Source: Rotaria socialis
Taxonomy: Eukaryota
Assembly (NCBI GenBank): GCA_905331295.1
Contig: CAJNYD010000035.1
Coordinates: 186,001-250,000, forward strand
Direction: 5' to 3'
DNA length: 64,000 nucleotides
Position numbers and translations under genes: made by a program. Of the stretch, positions 27,430-42,138 are shown in pieces (the stretch's first letter is position 1; each line of letters begins with the position of its first letter). The notes under the pieces are model-generated. The model was not told where the DNA came from. It saw nothing but the letters and a program-made list of their open reading frames with translations, and made no database searches.

Positions 27430-28061
27430 TTTTGTGTACTCAAAAAAAAAAGTGAGTGCACTATAGAATCGGTCAGTGTGTCCGGTCGTCCGGCCGTTTA
27501 CACGATAACTCCTGAAAGGCTGATCCGATTATCATGAAATTTTGTACATAGCATTATCTCATCAATATCTCAGTCGAGTTCGAAGATGGAAGCAATCTGT
27601 CAAGANTGAAAGGCTGATCCGATTATCATGAAATTTTGTACATAGCATTATCTCATCAATATCTCAGTCGAGTTCGAAGATGAAAGCAATCTGTCAAGAA
27701 ATGGCTGAGTTATCGAAAAAATTGTCATTGTTGACCAGACCATCCCTGAGGGGGGAGGGGGTACAGGGATTTTTTGAAAAAAAAAGTTTTTTTCTCAGAA
27801 TTATTCACAACATATATAAATCGACTCAGTTTTTAACGCTGATTCCGAATATGATACTAGTTTTGAACTAAATCGTAGCTTTCTAACAAAACATCGCCTG
27901 AAAACGGTCTCAAAATGCACAAAAACTGCATCCAGAAACCAAAGTGCGTAGTTTCTCATGGTAATTTTGGTGTTCAGACATTCTAGAATGACTCATATAT
28001 CCCATGTACCTTTTGCAGTACACATAGCTCTCGGATGAAATCCGAAGTTTCCACATTTATT
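27430..28061 (+). mobile_element. Non-autonomous Helentron-associated element (HINE/DINE-1-like), copy 1
   Basis: 5' gtgtactc..gagtgcac inverted repeat, gtcc-type short repeats, 3' gcagtacac subterminal repeat and a tcggat-gaa-atccga hairpin, T-rich flanks. Homologous to 48918-49250. Confidence 0.7.
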
Positions 28062-28608
28062 TCTTCATGATATTATTTTCAGATATTTCCACTTACGTTA
28101 TAGATGATAGTGTAATCCTATTCAACGGTTATTCTATCGAGTTTGTTAAAAAATTTAATTCAATTTAGTTATTATAATATACGACTAATAAAATTATTTG
28201 TGCTGATACCGATGAATAAATAAGAATGATATAGATTGAAGTTTATTCCTCTAATTATATTAGAAATAATTCTATATATCGTTCTCATCAAGCCCATAAG
28301 TTTCCTATTGAACAGCTCATATAACCAGAAAATATCTACATCATATTATTACTTGCAGATAATCAATGGCTAATGATAGATAAGATCAAGCATAATTATT
28401 TATAGCTAATCTATATGGAACATGCTTTTACATAAATTATGGAAATATTTCGTATTTTATTTTATGTTTAACTTGTAGAATCCACTCTTATAACAAGTGT
28501 TGACTTCTACTACTAAAGAAAAAGAAAACAAATATCGCAGCGAAGATTATCACAAAAAAATGAGAGAGAGAGAGAGAGTAGAGAAATAAATGCCGCATTT
28601 ATATTTGA

Positions 28609-31600
28609 TCATTTTGTTGGACAAGTCTGTGAAAATATCGATGATATTAATGGATGTTTATCAATCTAATTAGAATATTTGAAAATATATTTGATTGCAA
28701 AAATATAACTAAGATCTCTTACTTCCTGATGTATTGATTTAGTATTTGTTGTTAAACATGCTGTTGATTGTTCATAATTACGTAGACGTACATTATCATC
28801 TTGCAAATCGCTAATACGACCTTGTAAATGACGAATAAGGGTATCCTGCCTGCCAACACCATTGGTATTCACTGACTCAGGTTCGAATTTGAGCTTCGAA
28901 AAGAAAAAGAAAAAGTCAATAGTTTTGAGCCAAGAGAAGTTTAGATTAAAAACCGTTTTAGGTGTTTCGAAAGGATATAACGTTGATCGATCATCATGAG
29001 ATTTTAAACCGTTTAATGTTAACCGTTGTTTAGTCAAACTAAATAAATTTCATAGATAAATAAAACAAACAGAAAAATAACTATTAAATGAACGAACCGA
29101 TTGAGTTCAGAGGCAATGTGATCTTCAAGTTTTTGCACAAGATTATTGATAGTATCATTTTGTTCTGATGATAAATTGAAAGGATGATGCAAATTATTCT
29201 GAGAATGATAGTGATCATGATCATAGGGTTGTGACAAACGATCAGCATCATGGAAATAATCTCCATTTTCTTTTTGATCTTTTGAAAATGAATTTTTTAT
29301 AACTTGCTGATAGGGTTTTCGATTATTCGTAATATCATCATCAAATTTTCGATTTGAATAATCAGTTATCTAAAACAAATACACAGCATAAAAGACTAAC
29401 GTTATTTTATTCCATAAAATGATTTACTCGATCAGTTAATACTTTCGATTTATTTAAAAGCTTTCCTTTTGCTTCAGTTTGCACTTTTTGTGCAAGAATA
29501 TAATTTTGAATATCGTTGACAGTATCTTGAAGTAATTTCTATTAGATGGAAAACAAACGAAAAGCTTTTCTCTTGTTCATTTTTCATATTCATAACATAC
29601 AAGTGTATTTTGAGTTGGTAATCGTTCAACAATTGACTTTTGATCATATTTGAATGATGTAATATGTCTGAAGAAATCAATGGAGAAAAAATTGTAAATT
29701 TTCATATTAAAGCATTTATTTTACTGAATTTTTGTGTAGGCTTTAGATGGACTATCCATTGACATGAGTAATTTTTTAATGCAATCGTTTATTGTATGAA
29801 CACAAGCTTTTTCTGAGACTTCTAAATTTAAAAATAATTCATGTTGACGTAAACCAGCATCAGCATTTTCATTCGAAGCATGATCTAATGCATTTTCTAA
29901 TTCACGAACACGATCTTGAATACGAGCACATTCAGCATCTTTCTCCTAAATTAAGTTCATCAGTTAACATTGTAATATAGAAAAGTGTAGAACTTTCATA
30001 ATTATTTGTAAGCAAGAAGCACATTATCTTTGATAGTCGTATGAACTCTTTTTTTTTTATGGAGGATTCCAATGTATATTTAAAAAAAATGTTGTGCAGA
30101 TGTCGATTCTCAAAGAATGTTTAATTAGAATATACATCGGCAGCTAATAGACTAGAAATACCTTCAATTCAGAAGAATTTCGAGAAGGAATGACTCATAT
30201 ATTGAGAAACTAGGGAGAAGATTTTTGTTACAGTCAACTCAAATTATAGTTGTTAAAACTTTCTTTTTTAGATATTGGCGTAAATAAAAACACCGATTAA
30301 ACACTGAAACTTATATAGAGAAAAACTAAAACTTTTCAAAATTTCAAAATCATCTCTCATAGAGCATCTTCTGCTTAGAGCAACAGTTTGAATTGTATTA
30401 GATTAGTAGAACTTTCATAGATACACAATCATACAAATGCATTCTTTATCTTTGATAAGTAAAGTATGCATGATAATAATGACTTTATTGAAAAATATAT
30501 CATTGTTTTCTTAACTATAATTACTAAACTATTTCGACTAAGACAAAAAATGTAGTATCTTACAAACTAATGATGTCATATTCTGTTAAATACAATTAGT
30601 ATAGAACTATTTTCAATGTTAGATATTTTTTCGATTCAAAAAAATAAGTCCATGTGACATAGCATAAGTTACATGTTTGTTCAAGTGCCGATATCAATAG
30701 ATATTATTTTATTGTCAAAATACAAATTCACTGCATTAATTCAATCCTTAGTTGCAGAACTTATTTCTTTAGAATTGATAGACTTATTTACGAAGAATTT
30801 TTATAGATAGTAGGGCAGTGTTTTGGTTATTATATTTGATTTCAACAGTTGTCTGAATAGTTTCACTTTACAATCATATGAAAACAAATAATTCTTTCAA
30901 AATGCTTTCTAATTAATGATAATAATTTATATTGACGCTAATAATCAACTATACGGATCATTGCATTTCGTTAAATTTCTGATGTATGTTTAAATTTGAT
31001 AAAAATATAGACATCGATGATAACTGTCACATGTTTAATTTGAAGTATAGAATAATAAATAACTATTCGCGAGAGAATGCTTAATAATCTAGTGAGAGTA
31101 TCACGCTTCAATTCTTTTTTTCATTTATTGATTCGACAGTACTTAAGACTGTAAACCATAAAAATATACCAATCTCGAAACGAACCATTCTATGTCATCT
31201 ATTCAATCTCTAGTGCTTTTGTTTGTCGTACATAGAAGAATACGCATATCATTTTTCATATGACAAATGTTCATTATTTATATAAAGAATGAAAACTCAT
31301 GTGTAAAATAATATTGACCAAATCGAAAGTAAAATCTATTAATTCTTCAAATAACATACGATGAAGAAAAGAAAGCGAAAAAGAAAAAGAATTGTTAAAT
31401 ACTGCATCAATGCTACGATTACTTTCAGTATTCAAAAGTCGACAAGATCTAAAGAAACTCTTTCTTTTTTACTGTTACGTACCAATTGAAATTGATTACG
31501 TAGTCGAGTAACTTCATCTTGAAATTCTTTTCGACATTGTTCTTTTATACCATAGACAGCATTGATACGTTCACGACCACTGTCTTTAAGCATCAGTTGA

Positions 31601-32698
31601 GCTTCATTCGATATCTACAATGAAAAGTATATTGACATGGAGAAAAAAAAAAGAATCGAGATCATTAAACAAGAAATAAATAGAACTTAAAAGAAGAAGA
31701 AAATTAGAAATTTTGTTCTCAATTCAAGTATTTGTATTCGTTGAGTAATTAATTTGACAAGATAGAAACTGAATTAATAATTTAAAAATTTCTTGTGTAA
31801 GGAAAAAACCAAAAAACATGAAAGAATTCTCAATGACAAACCTTTTGAGTATCCTGTAATTTTTTCTCCAAACGTTGACAATGTTCTTGTTCAAATTTTA
31901 GTTGATCCTGTAAGTCTTTAAGTAAACGAGTTTTTTCTTCTTCAAATTTCGTTCGTTCACCGGCTATTAAAAGATCTCTATGATCATTCCATACTTTTTT
32001 TTCACGCTCTATTCGTTCTTCCATCTATATATATAAGTTATGGAAAAAGAAAAACATTGGCTTCTCTTTATTGTTTTATTAGCAATTAAAAATAACAAAC
32101 CTGTGATAGAGAATTTTTATTAGTGGATGTAAGTGCAATAACTTCATTATCTTTTGCAAAAATGAATGCTTTCAATTTGGCTATTTCTCGATCTTTAATC
32201 TATAAATCAATGCAACGATAAATGTCAGATTTTTTATGAAATAAAAACATCTAGATAAATCTTACTAGTAATTTACTAGTGACGCTACCACTGGAACGCT
32301 GTGAAATACTGCGGATAGTCTTTGAATAAAAATAAATCAGTACGAGTTCGTAATAAATTTTAAATTAAAACAAAATATTTAACTGATTTCTCAGCTGAAA
32401 TACATGTTGAACGTGATTGATCATTTTGTTGATTACAATGATGGATTTCATTCCTAAATAATAATTATCATTAGTATGGCTTTTAAATTTCTTATTTAAA
32501 AAGAAATAACTCAGATTATGGATAAATTCTCATTAGCAAAAACAAAATTAATCATATGATCTACCTGAGTCTATCAATTGTATCATTTTTTTGTTTAAGT
32601 TCATTTTCTAATATTTGACATCTCTCTTCAACTGTTTGCTGTACATGTTGTTGTTGAGAACGAGGATGAGGATGATGGCTAGAACGTCGATCATTCAT
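28609..32698 (-). CDS. Uncharacterised multi-exon coiled-coil protein
   Basis: Exons MNDRRSSHH..ELKQKNDTIDRL, KDREIAKLKAFIFAKDNE, MEERIEREKKVW..QRLEKKLQ, EQCRKEFQDEVTRL, RIQDRVRELENALD and LIRHLQGRISDLQDDNVRL, bounded by GT-AG. The last exon and stop are tentative. Confidence 0.7.
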
Positions 32699-33557
32699 AT
32701 TTCGTTATTCTATTGTATATTTGTATTCTCTTCAGTTCATTTCCTTACAATCAATATGTAAGAATGAAAGAAGCATTTTATGTATCAATAAAGAATAGAA
32801 AGTATGACTGAAGTGAAGCTATACACACAATGAACAAAGAAGAATCGATATGATGATGATGGTGATGGTAATCAAATATTTGAAAACGTGCTGTTGTTGA
32901 AATAAATTTCTCTTGATTCTTTTTACAGAATACAACTGCAAATTTATCGGCATGTATATCCTTTCTCTCTCTCTCTCTCTCTTCTCACTTCTCTCTATAC
33001 ATCTCTTCTTTTCTTGGCGACCAGACTTTCTCTTATTCTTTTCATTCTTCGTTTTTCATTCATTTACTTCTTTTTGTACTTTTTTTAGAGTGCTACTATG
33101 CTTTCATTTTTCAATAGGCTTGCTTTATGCTCAAAAAGAAAAAAAGAAAAAAGAAAGAAAGGAAGTTCCACTCTCCGATGCTGTAAAATAATAGTATTCC
33201 ATAATCAAATAAGGTCAGATACTCATCTCTTACATCATGTTCAATGCAATTACTATAGAGAAAAAAAAACAAACCAGTGAACAATGTAATGAGCATGACA
33301 ACTATATATGGAGTCAAGTTTGTTGAATTCAGAGGACACATAAAAACGAAGAAAGAAAAGCCAAAATATGTAAAGACGAAACATAATCTAAGTGCATACT
33401 TGTCGTGTTTTAATCAAAAGATGTTAGCTAGATCGTTTTATCTCTGCAAGCTTGCAATGAAAGTAATGAAAGAACAACAAGCAACTTTCGTCATTGGATA
33501 TCCTACTACTATGATAAATAGATATTGATTGTCTCTTTTTCTACATTATTATTGCTG

Positions 33558-33591
<34 letters not shown>

Positions 33592-33838
33592 GATTCGTAT
33601 TATGAGTTTCTGCTGTTTTGTTTCATTTTCCAGAACACATACACGTAATTAAAGTGAGAAAGAAATGAGAAAGCAAAAAATGAAGGCAAATGAAAAACAA
33701 CAAACGATACAAACATTATTATCGGACGCATATATATGAAAAATCTACACATTCAAACAGTGGAATTCATCACCGTCGGATGAGACTGCGAGCGAGAAAG
33801 TAAACAAAATAGTAAATCACGAAAGAAAAAGAAGAAAC

Positions 33839-36800
33839 CTATTTAAACGTAACTCGTTGACCAACTCCTGTTAATGTTGTTGTACTAGTTAGATCTGATA
33901 ATGTTTGTCCAGGAGCACAGTCAATATCATCCATACTACCATGATTAATAGTCATGCCAGCAAGGTGTGCATGCTCATTATGACTTCCAGTACTATCTTC
34001 GGGTGTTTTTGTTGGTTCATGATCATGTTTATCTCCGACAGTTGTTACACTAATTGGTCCACCTACACTCATGCCTGTGGTACTTGCACCACCATGACGT
34101 TGAAATGGTTGTATGGAAAATCGACGATTTTTTCGTCTTGGACCATGCCGTTTTGTTAAATGTGGATTATCTTTACGCATTGTTTTCGTTTTTAATACAT
34201 GCAATGACGTATACAAGCGTTTCAATTCTGCCTATAAACAAATGATATTTTGTTTTTTCTTAATATAATTCTATTTAATTCAAGATAATAGTCTTACTCG
34301 AATTTCTTCTGGATCCATATCTCTTAAGTTTAATTCACCAAATTCTATGTCACCATTCAAGTGTAATTTTGTTATAAGATCAGTTGGTTCAACACCATCA
34401 GGTACCGAACGAAAACGATCACGTCCTGAATGATCTTCATGAAATGGTCGAAATATATAACATAACTAAAGAAAAAGATTTTTAATGATGAGTGTGTAAA
34501 GAAATACTTTTTCAATTTACCTTTGTACAAAAAATAAGAATAAGCATACATGTAACTGTAGAATGGCATCGAAATACAGATAAAATAAAAATTGTGTCGG
34601 GATCAACTGTTGACCATAAACAGTCCCTATTTAAAAATAAGAAAAATATTTGTTTATTTTTTTATTTTGCTTTTTTGCCTTGAAAATAACCGAAGATAAT
34701 TTTAAAAAGAAACTCACTTAATAATATGAAGTAATGTTGAGAAAAGCATTTCACATGCAATAGCAATTGTTATTAATTTTCTTTCATGATATTCACATGG
34801 AGCTGTTCTAGTACTATAGATGAAGCGAATCCCAATACAAAGGAAAATAAATTCCGCTACAACACAAAAGAAAAAAGACTTTTTTTGAAGAACTCATGTT
34901 TTTGTGTGCGTGTTTAACAAACCGCATTGAACAAGATAATCCCATGATCGTGGTCGGCACGTTTGAAAGTAAAATTCGTCTTTTCTTGTACGGCCACTTC
35001 CTAATAAATATTTTCTAAGCGATATGTTTTCATTTGAATGATCTATATTAACAAATGTCCAGCCAAGTAAATAGCCAATGGTTGATATTGAAATAAAAAA
35101 TAATATGCGTAAAATATCTTTTTCTTTTACTTGAACGCAATGGGCTTTACGAGATTGAAATTCTGCTAACATTCTTTTGAATGGAAAGAAAAAAAGAAGA
35201 AAAACGCATCATTATTTTTTACTTAGAAATTACTTAGAAATAAAATTTACTTGTAAATACGTAATATTAATATTCCATACACAATAGTAAAACCAAGTTC
35301 ACGTAACCATGGCATAATTAAACAAACAATTCCATGTGGACCAAAGCTATCTACAATAACCTAAAAATAGAAACAGAAAAAAGAGATTCTTTTTTTTGTA
35401 TTGTGGTTGTAAATCATTCATGTTTCTTACTGATGCATAAAGTAGTACTGCACCGAAAAGTACAAGTTCCAGTAAAATCCACATTGAATGCTTAATTATT
35501 TTAATTTTACGTCTTTGAAATATAATAGCAGCAAGAATAGCAACAAAAACAATAAATATCGATTGTATTATTATTATTATTGTACGTAAAAATCGATTAT
35601 GTTTTAAATGACACGATTCATGATTACATTCACATGATTGCACAGAAGGTTTTGTGGAATCCTCGTTTCTTTCGTTCCATTCTAATTGATTGCCACTTAT
35701 TGTTAGATTTTTATTCTCATTTGAATCCAAACAACGACATTCATAAGCACCGAGAGTAAACCCGTGACCAGCGTGATGAATGCACTAATCAACGAACAAA
35801 AACGGAATAAAATATAAGAAAAATTATTCAAAGGAAATTATTATTTACTCCCATTCCAATCGGACATTTATGTGTTCCACCAAATGGCATCTCATTATTG
35901 GCACATTGATTGATATCAACGGCGGATATATTGAAATAAGCGACAAAAAAATAGCTATGAAAACAAAAGTTTTTGTTATCAGTGTATTGTTTTTCTTTTC
36001 TTTTTCTTACCTCTGTGTTAATGGATATATATGTGCCATCATGAATGTTTCATTTTTATTTTTTTCACACAGAACAGGTCCAATCCACCAACCATCATTA
36101 ATCAATGAGTAATCATTATTCCTTGCTTGTTTTAATGTTTCACGTGCATTTGAAGGTGTAAATGTTTGCAATATAATATTTACATCTGGTTTTAATTTAA
36201 TATCATGTATAGAATCATAATCAATTGCTCTTGCTACTGTTGTTGTGTCATTACTTACACGATAATATTTTAATGTATCATAATAAATATAGGAACTTGC
36301 TTGATTATTATTATTATTCGATAATGGTGTTGCAATCATTACACTTATTTCTTTTATTAATAATTGACTAGCAAGTAATAAACGTATTGAAATACTGAAA
36401 TCTTCTTGAAATTTCGATAATGCAAAATCGCCTAAATGATTTGATGATTGATTTATTTTGTTACGTATTTTATGAACTGTGAGTTTTAATGCATTAAATT
36501 CTTTTTCAAAAGATTTTTCAACTAGACGAATTATTTTTGATGGCAAAGAATTTTCTAATGGTAAACTATAAATTCCATCTAATGCCATATTTATTGTACA
36601 ATCAGCTAATACAGATGAACTTGTTCGATGCAATAATATTCGACGTAACATATCTGTATCATGTTGTTTATCACTAATTTGTATATCTGATGATAATATG
36701 TGTCTTTTTAAACGATGATTTAAGTACGCATTTGCATTTTTTTTTGTTGGAAATAAAATACAAAAAGTTAGAAGTAATAAAAGAAAAATGAAAAGAAATA

Positions 36801-36943
36801 TAATTATATATGAACGAATATGTGTGTAGTTAAATAATGATTGCTTTGATGGCGAATAAGTTAACATATTGTTATTATTTCGAAGTTGAACATAAGATGA
36901 TGATGATGATGATGATAATGATGATGATGACGATGATGATGAC

Positions 36944-36992
<49 letters not shown>

Positions 36993-37050
36993 TATGATCA
37001 TAGTTATCGCGTGAATGATAATGTTGTTGCTTGATTTTTTTCTGTTTCAT
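33839..37050 (-). CDS. GPR158/GPR179-like class C GPCR (Cache-like ectodomain, Cys-rich region, 7TM)
   Basis: DGWWIGPVLC, DINQC..FGGTHKC, GHGFTLGAYECRC, RRKIKIIKHSMWILLE, PWLRELGFTIVYG.LILRIYK, EFQSRKAH, AP.EYHE and KRLYTSLHVLKTKTMRKDNPHL. Confidence 0.9.
36895..36992. repeat. (GAT)n microsatellite encoding poly-Ser in the GPCR N-terminus
   Basis: Direct reading; about 30 near-perfect units. Confidence 0.9.
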
Positions 37051-39354
37051 GATTAGGATCACAATAATAATATTTTCAAACTAAAAGAATGACAAAAAAG
37101 ATGCCGAATAGATAATTTAATTGCATCCTATATGTGATTTTCTTTTATATATACATATATGTTAGTGTTAGATGTAAAAAAAAGACTGAAGCAGAATAAA
37201 TGAAAACTCCAAAAACACACAAACAAAGAAAAACTCAAAATGTTTTCCATAATATTTTAATATAAGAATGATTAATAACAAATAATTACCATAGCACAAC
37301 TTTTAATCCCCGTTTCTCTTGGATATTTATCTGATAATGTAATTTTAATCTGACTTAGAGATTAAAAATTAGTAATATAGGCTAAGACTTATTTGCTTAC
37401 TGACTATTTTTTAAACGTTATTCTCATGCGCTCTTTACAATCTCCTTTTCTCATGTTATAGATTGTTTCATCTAAACTACAATACAGGAGTACTCGACAT
37501 CGTCGGCAACGGCATCGTCCTTTCAGAGACTAAATCTGTTCTGTCTTTCTTCTTCTTCATCGTCGTCTTCGTCTTCGTCTTCGTCTTCTTCGTCTTCGTC
37601 TTCTTCTCCTCTTCTTTTCCTGCCCGATGCCAGGGCGCACACAAGTAGACTTGTGTTCGCAAGCTCGCTCGATAATTGATCATTTGTTTTTTGACATTCA
37701 CTTGGCTCTTCGTTCTGAGTGCAGGCGTTGAATCGTGTGTGGTGATAGTAAGTCATGCAGGTCTCGCTCTAGGTTTGTACGTTAGAGTAGTCAATATCCG
37801 AACTTGCATTTCCTCGTTCTGTCTCTGTTCTATAATCATGTTGCGTTATCGGTCTCAATTGCATACTAATAATAGAACTCATTATGTTACATAGATAGCA
37901 CATGTTTTCTTCTTTTCACTGTCTCCTTCTCATATTTTGTTGTATCTCTTCAAATTTGATTGTATTCATTGACAACAATCCGCAAGAGCTATTCTTATTA
38001 TATCGATCATTTTCGATAGATTCAAAAAGACAAATCCATCAACATTTATGGACCATCTGCTTGATGTACACCACATCAAATCATAAAAGATGAATATATA
38101 TGTTTAAAGAACTACTTGCCAATAATACGATCTACTTAACAAGATGAATTTGAAAATCGGATGAGTAAAACTAACTACATATAACATGTGAATAATAAAA
38201 AAGGCAGCGACATATGAATAAGCATAAGAAATGTCTGGTGAAATCTAAGATTATGATTGCAGATATAAAAGTTTGCAAGCGCATTAAATAATAATGAAGC
38301 GCAATAGATTTTTTTTCATATCTATTGGTTTGACTGTAAATATATTATTATCATATACATATTATATAATCAAACTTACCACAGATAGTAAATGTCCATT
38401 TTTATATTATAATACTTGTTTATGTAGAAAAAAAAGAAGAAAAATCGAAGACTTTACATATGCATCTAATATGTTATTATTTTTCTTTCATTCATTTTAA
38501 ACCCATCTCGTTTTCTTCCCTTGATTTTCACACTAAGTTATTTCTATCCTTTCTGCTTTTTCTTTATATATAAATATATATATATATATATACTTTTTCT
38601 AGAATAGAAACGAATGAATACACAGGAAGAAGTATCGCTTTATTTTTTTACTCACACATCCAGACATAGACTCTCTATTTTTATTGTTCTATTACACACT
38701 CCACTACCTAAATTTATTGACAAGCGTATAGTTTGTTGTGCGCGCCTGTCTCTAAACAAGAGAAGAGGGAAAAGAAAACGAAGGGCAAATTTTTCTCACT
38801 TTCTTGAGCGTATGCACTAATTCTCACCGGAATTCTTCAGTGAGAACGTACGGTCGCTTTCTTTCGAAGACGAGTCGCGTCAACACATTACACATACAAC
38901 ATAAATGCAGATTTCATGTTCGCCTCGACAAAAGAGCTTGGTCTCTAGCAAACAAACAAGCAAGCACACTAGAAGCATATCTTCTTCTACTATTATTCCT
39001 CATTATTTTCCGCTTTTTCTTCTTTTCCTTCTTATTCTGTTTTTTTTTTCTTTTGCTTTTCTTTATTTTTTTTTTCTATCATGAGCATACGAATGGTTCG
39101 GTCAGAAACGACGGTAGTACTTTATTCCTGTTCTTGTTCTTCAACGACACTGACGACAGTAGCAACATCGTTTTTTTTTCTGTCGCATTCACTCCCATTT
39201 CTTCCCATATTTTGAACAGCATTAATTGCGTCGCTAGTCTTTAGAGTCTCTGTCTTCTTCTTCTTCTTCTTCTTCTTCTTCTACTCCTCCTCTTTCTCTT
39301 CTTGTCTTTTTCGACAACCAAACGCAAATACATGTGGTGTTAGTGTAGCCCATC

Positions 39355-39399
<45 letters not shown>

Positions 39400-40692
39400 G
39401 CACTCATCGTTGTTGCCACAAAAGACGATGTGAATACTACTGTGAATACATACAGGCACAAGAGACAAATAGCGGAGAAAAGAAATGAGTATGACGGTTC
39501 GTATGGCTGATAAACGATTGCTCATGCGCTATCATGCTAATAATACTCGGCACACAACAACGGCGTTCAACACTTTCATTTTTTTCTTGCAAAATGTCAT
39601 CCATTTGGATGTTATATATATGTAGTACTGTCAATTAGAAAAAAAATAAAAATAAAAACAAGTTTATGTTGGTATTCATAGAAAAAGCTTCACTGATCTG
39701 CCCTTGTTGGTATACAAGCCTACATATGTATTCTTATTGTAAGCTCAGTGCCAGATAGAAAAATAATATAGCTGATAAATAAAAATGTACTGTTCTAAGT
39801 ACGTAAGTATGCGCATGTTTGCCTTGGTAATAGATCTCATGATGCATCCATTCCATAGATATATTGAGAACTTTAGATGATAACGTTGTGTGTCAATAGA
39901 GACATACGTATCTGTTTCCAGCCAAGCCTAATACACAGATGTTATCTTTTCTTCTACAGTATGCCTACGTATGTTTTCATCACAAACAAATAATATAGAA
40001 AATGGAGTGCAAATGCTCAACAAATCTTCTGTCATCATTTCATTGTGATCGCTCGTGACTGAGAAAAGAGGAATGTATGCCTATCTACTTAATTCAACTG
40101 TTTTTTTTATATCTACATTTGTTTATGATGATCATAAATCGATTAGAGACATATACAGATGAATGAAGGCTCTAAAAAGCAAAAGCAAAATCATATTATA
40201 AATATGAATCTTTTCTTGTCTCAATTCCAAGAATCTACTTTTAGTTTCGTGAGATAAACGCACATACGGATCCACTTGGTAGTTACTTTTTTTTGTTTTT
40301 GTTCGGTCGAGAGCTCGTTCAGAAATCCATCTTCATGATGTAGAAAAAGAGAAATTCATTAGATTTAATTTGTTTGTATCAATGACAACAACAGCAACAA
40401 TGCTAAAAAAATATTATTTCTCCTTTTCTTCACCCTCTTTTAAAATCCATTTTCTATGCGTCCGATCGATTTCTTTTTATACTTGTTATAATAATAGCAT
40501 TATATTGATCCATGCTAATTTTCTGTCCTCGTTATATATAAAATAAATGATTTTCACGATATTTGCAAATGTCGACATGATTTAAATATAGATGTGCGTA
40601 GGATAGATATGATATATAAAATGACTAATCATTTTTTCTTTTAGTTGTATTATTTGTTTTTATTTCGTTTATAACAATAAAATGAAAACAAA

Positions 40693-42138
40693 TTACATCC
40701 AAGGAAAAGCACTATGAGTAGAATTATTTCCTTGATATGTTTGTTGTGTTGGTCGTACACCTGAATGATTAGTATTGAAGTTTTGCATATTTGAAAATGA
40801 AAATGGAGCAGAAACATTTGTATTATTCATGTTTTGTCTATTCGATTGTTGTGGTGATGTTGTTGATCGAGATTGAAATGAAGTTGAATTCGAAGCGTTT
40901 TGAAACCAATTAGGTAAACTTGGTGGAGGTCGATTATTAGTAATACCACCACCGCCACCACGATGAAATCCTCGATTACGGCCACGACCTCGGCCACGTT
41001 CCATATTCGAATAATTTGAAGAAATACTAAATAAAAAACGAATTAATAATTATTTCTTTTTTTTTTCAATAAATCTTATCTACCTAATTGCGTCATCATT
41101 TACTTTATCAACCATTTGCTCATCAGTAGTTTCTTCTATACTTCTTTTTCCTTTTTGAAATGCTTTAGCTGCACGTTCTTGTTCATCATCACTATAATCA
41201 ATAGCGAATTTCGGCGGTTCGTTATCATCTTCCCATGATGCATCTGAACCTTTTAATGCTCGTAGTTCCTGTACGAAGACATATTTGGTGTATGTTGTTT
41301 CTTTCGGTGCATAAAAAACTTCTTGATTTAATTCAATTTGACGTTGATGAATACTATTAATATTATTATACCGAATAGAATAATATGGTTTTTCAACTGG
41401 TCCAAATGTTTCGAATATAAGTCCAATTGAACGACGATCACGATTAAAAAGAACAGTATCATCGTTGAGTGGTGGTGAATGAAGTAATGATTCGATAATG
41501 ACTAGTTTTCCATCAACAATATGACGAATATATCCAAGGCGTTCAACGGGCGTTTCATCACTAAGTGTAATTGTTAGATTTTCGATTGGTGGAAGATCAT
41601 CGATAGCAATTTCATTACGTGTACGCGGACCATGACCAGCACGAAGTAGTTTTTGCTCGTCATCTTCATCTGAATCGTCATTGATAAGTGTACTAGAAAT
41701 GGAATGAAACATCTTTTTAATGAAAAGAAAACCAGTTCAATCTATTTTACTTGTGATCTTCCGATAGAAATGATTCATCCGATGACGATGAACTATCATC
41801 TTCGGAACTTGAAAAAATTCGACGTTTTTTTCGTTTTCTTGTATCACATTGATTTTTTACTTTTTTGAATTTTTTATAATGACGTGGTTCAAGTTTAATT
41901 GAAATATGATCACAGAGAGAATTCATAAGTTGAATTTGATCGATAAGATCGTCAAGTAGGCACTTTATATCTTGATCAACTTAAAAGAAATATTTAGTAA
42001 ATTATATACTTAATAGTAAAATTTTAATAAAATTATTTTTTAAAATTAAAACAGTTATGATATTACACTTTTCGTTATCATACAAAGCAGATAGGAATAT
42101 TTTCTATAGCTTTCCTGCTATCATAGCTTACTACTCAT
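40693..42138 (-). CDS. NAF1: H/ACA snoRNP assembly factor NAF1
   Basis: PRTRNEI..DDLPPIE, IFETFGPVEKPYYSIR, TKYVFV, KGSDASWEDDNEPP..DYSDDEQE (Gar1/Naf1 domain) and an RG-rich tail. The start at micro-exon ATGAGTA|gtaag (42138) is inferred. Confidence 0.93.

Noticed and set aside
27513..27699. 93-bp tandem duplication
   Set aside because: The two copies are separated exactly by the N at 27606, so this is an unmerged contig overlap.
36837..39634. Poly-Met, poly-His, poly-Glu and Phe-rich ORFs
   Set aside because: Translations of GAT/CTT microsatellites and T-rich tracts, or antisense to the GPCR; no coding signal.
41808..41860. Apparent premature stop or frameshift in the NAF1 5' region
   Set aside because: Resolved by a ~53-nt GT-AG intron.
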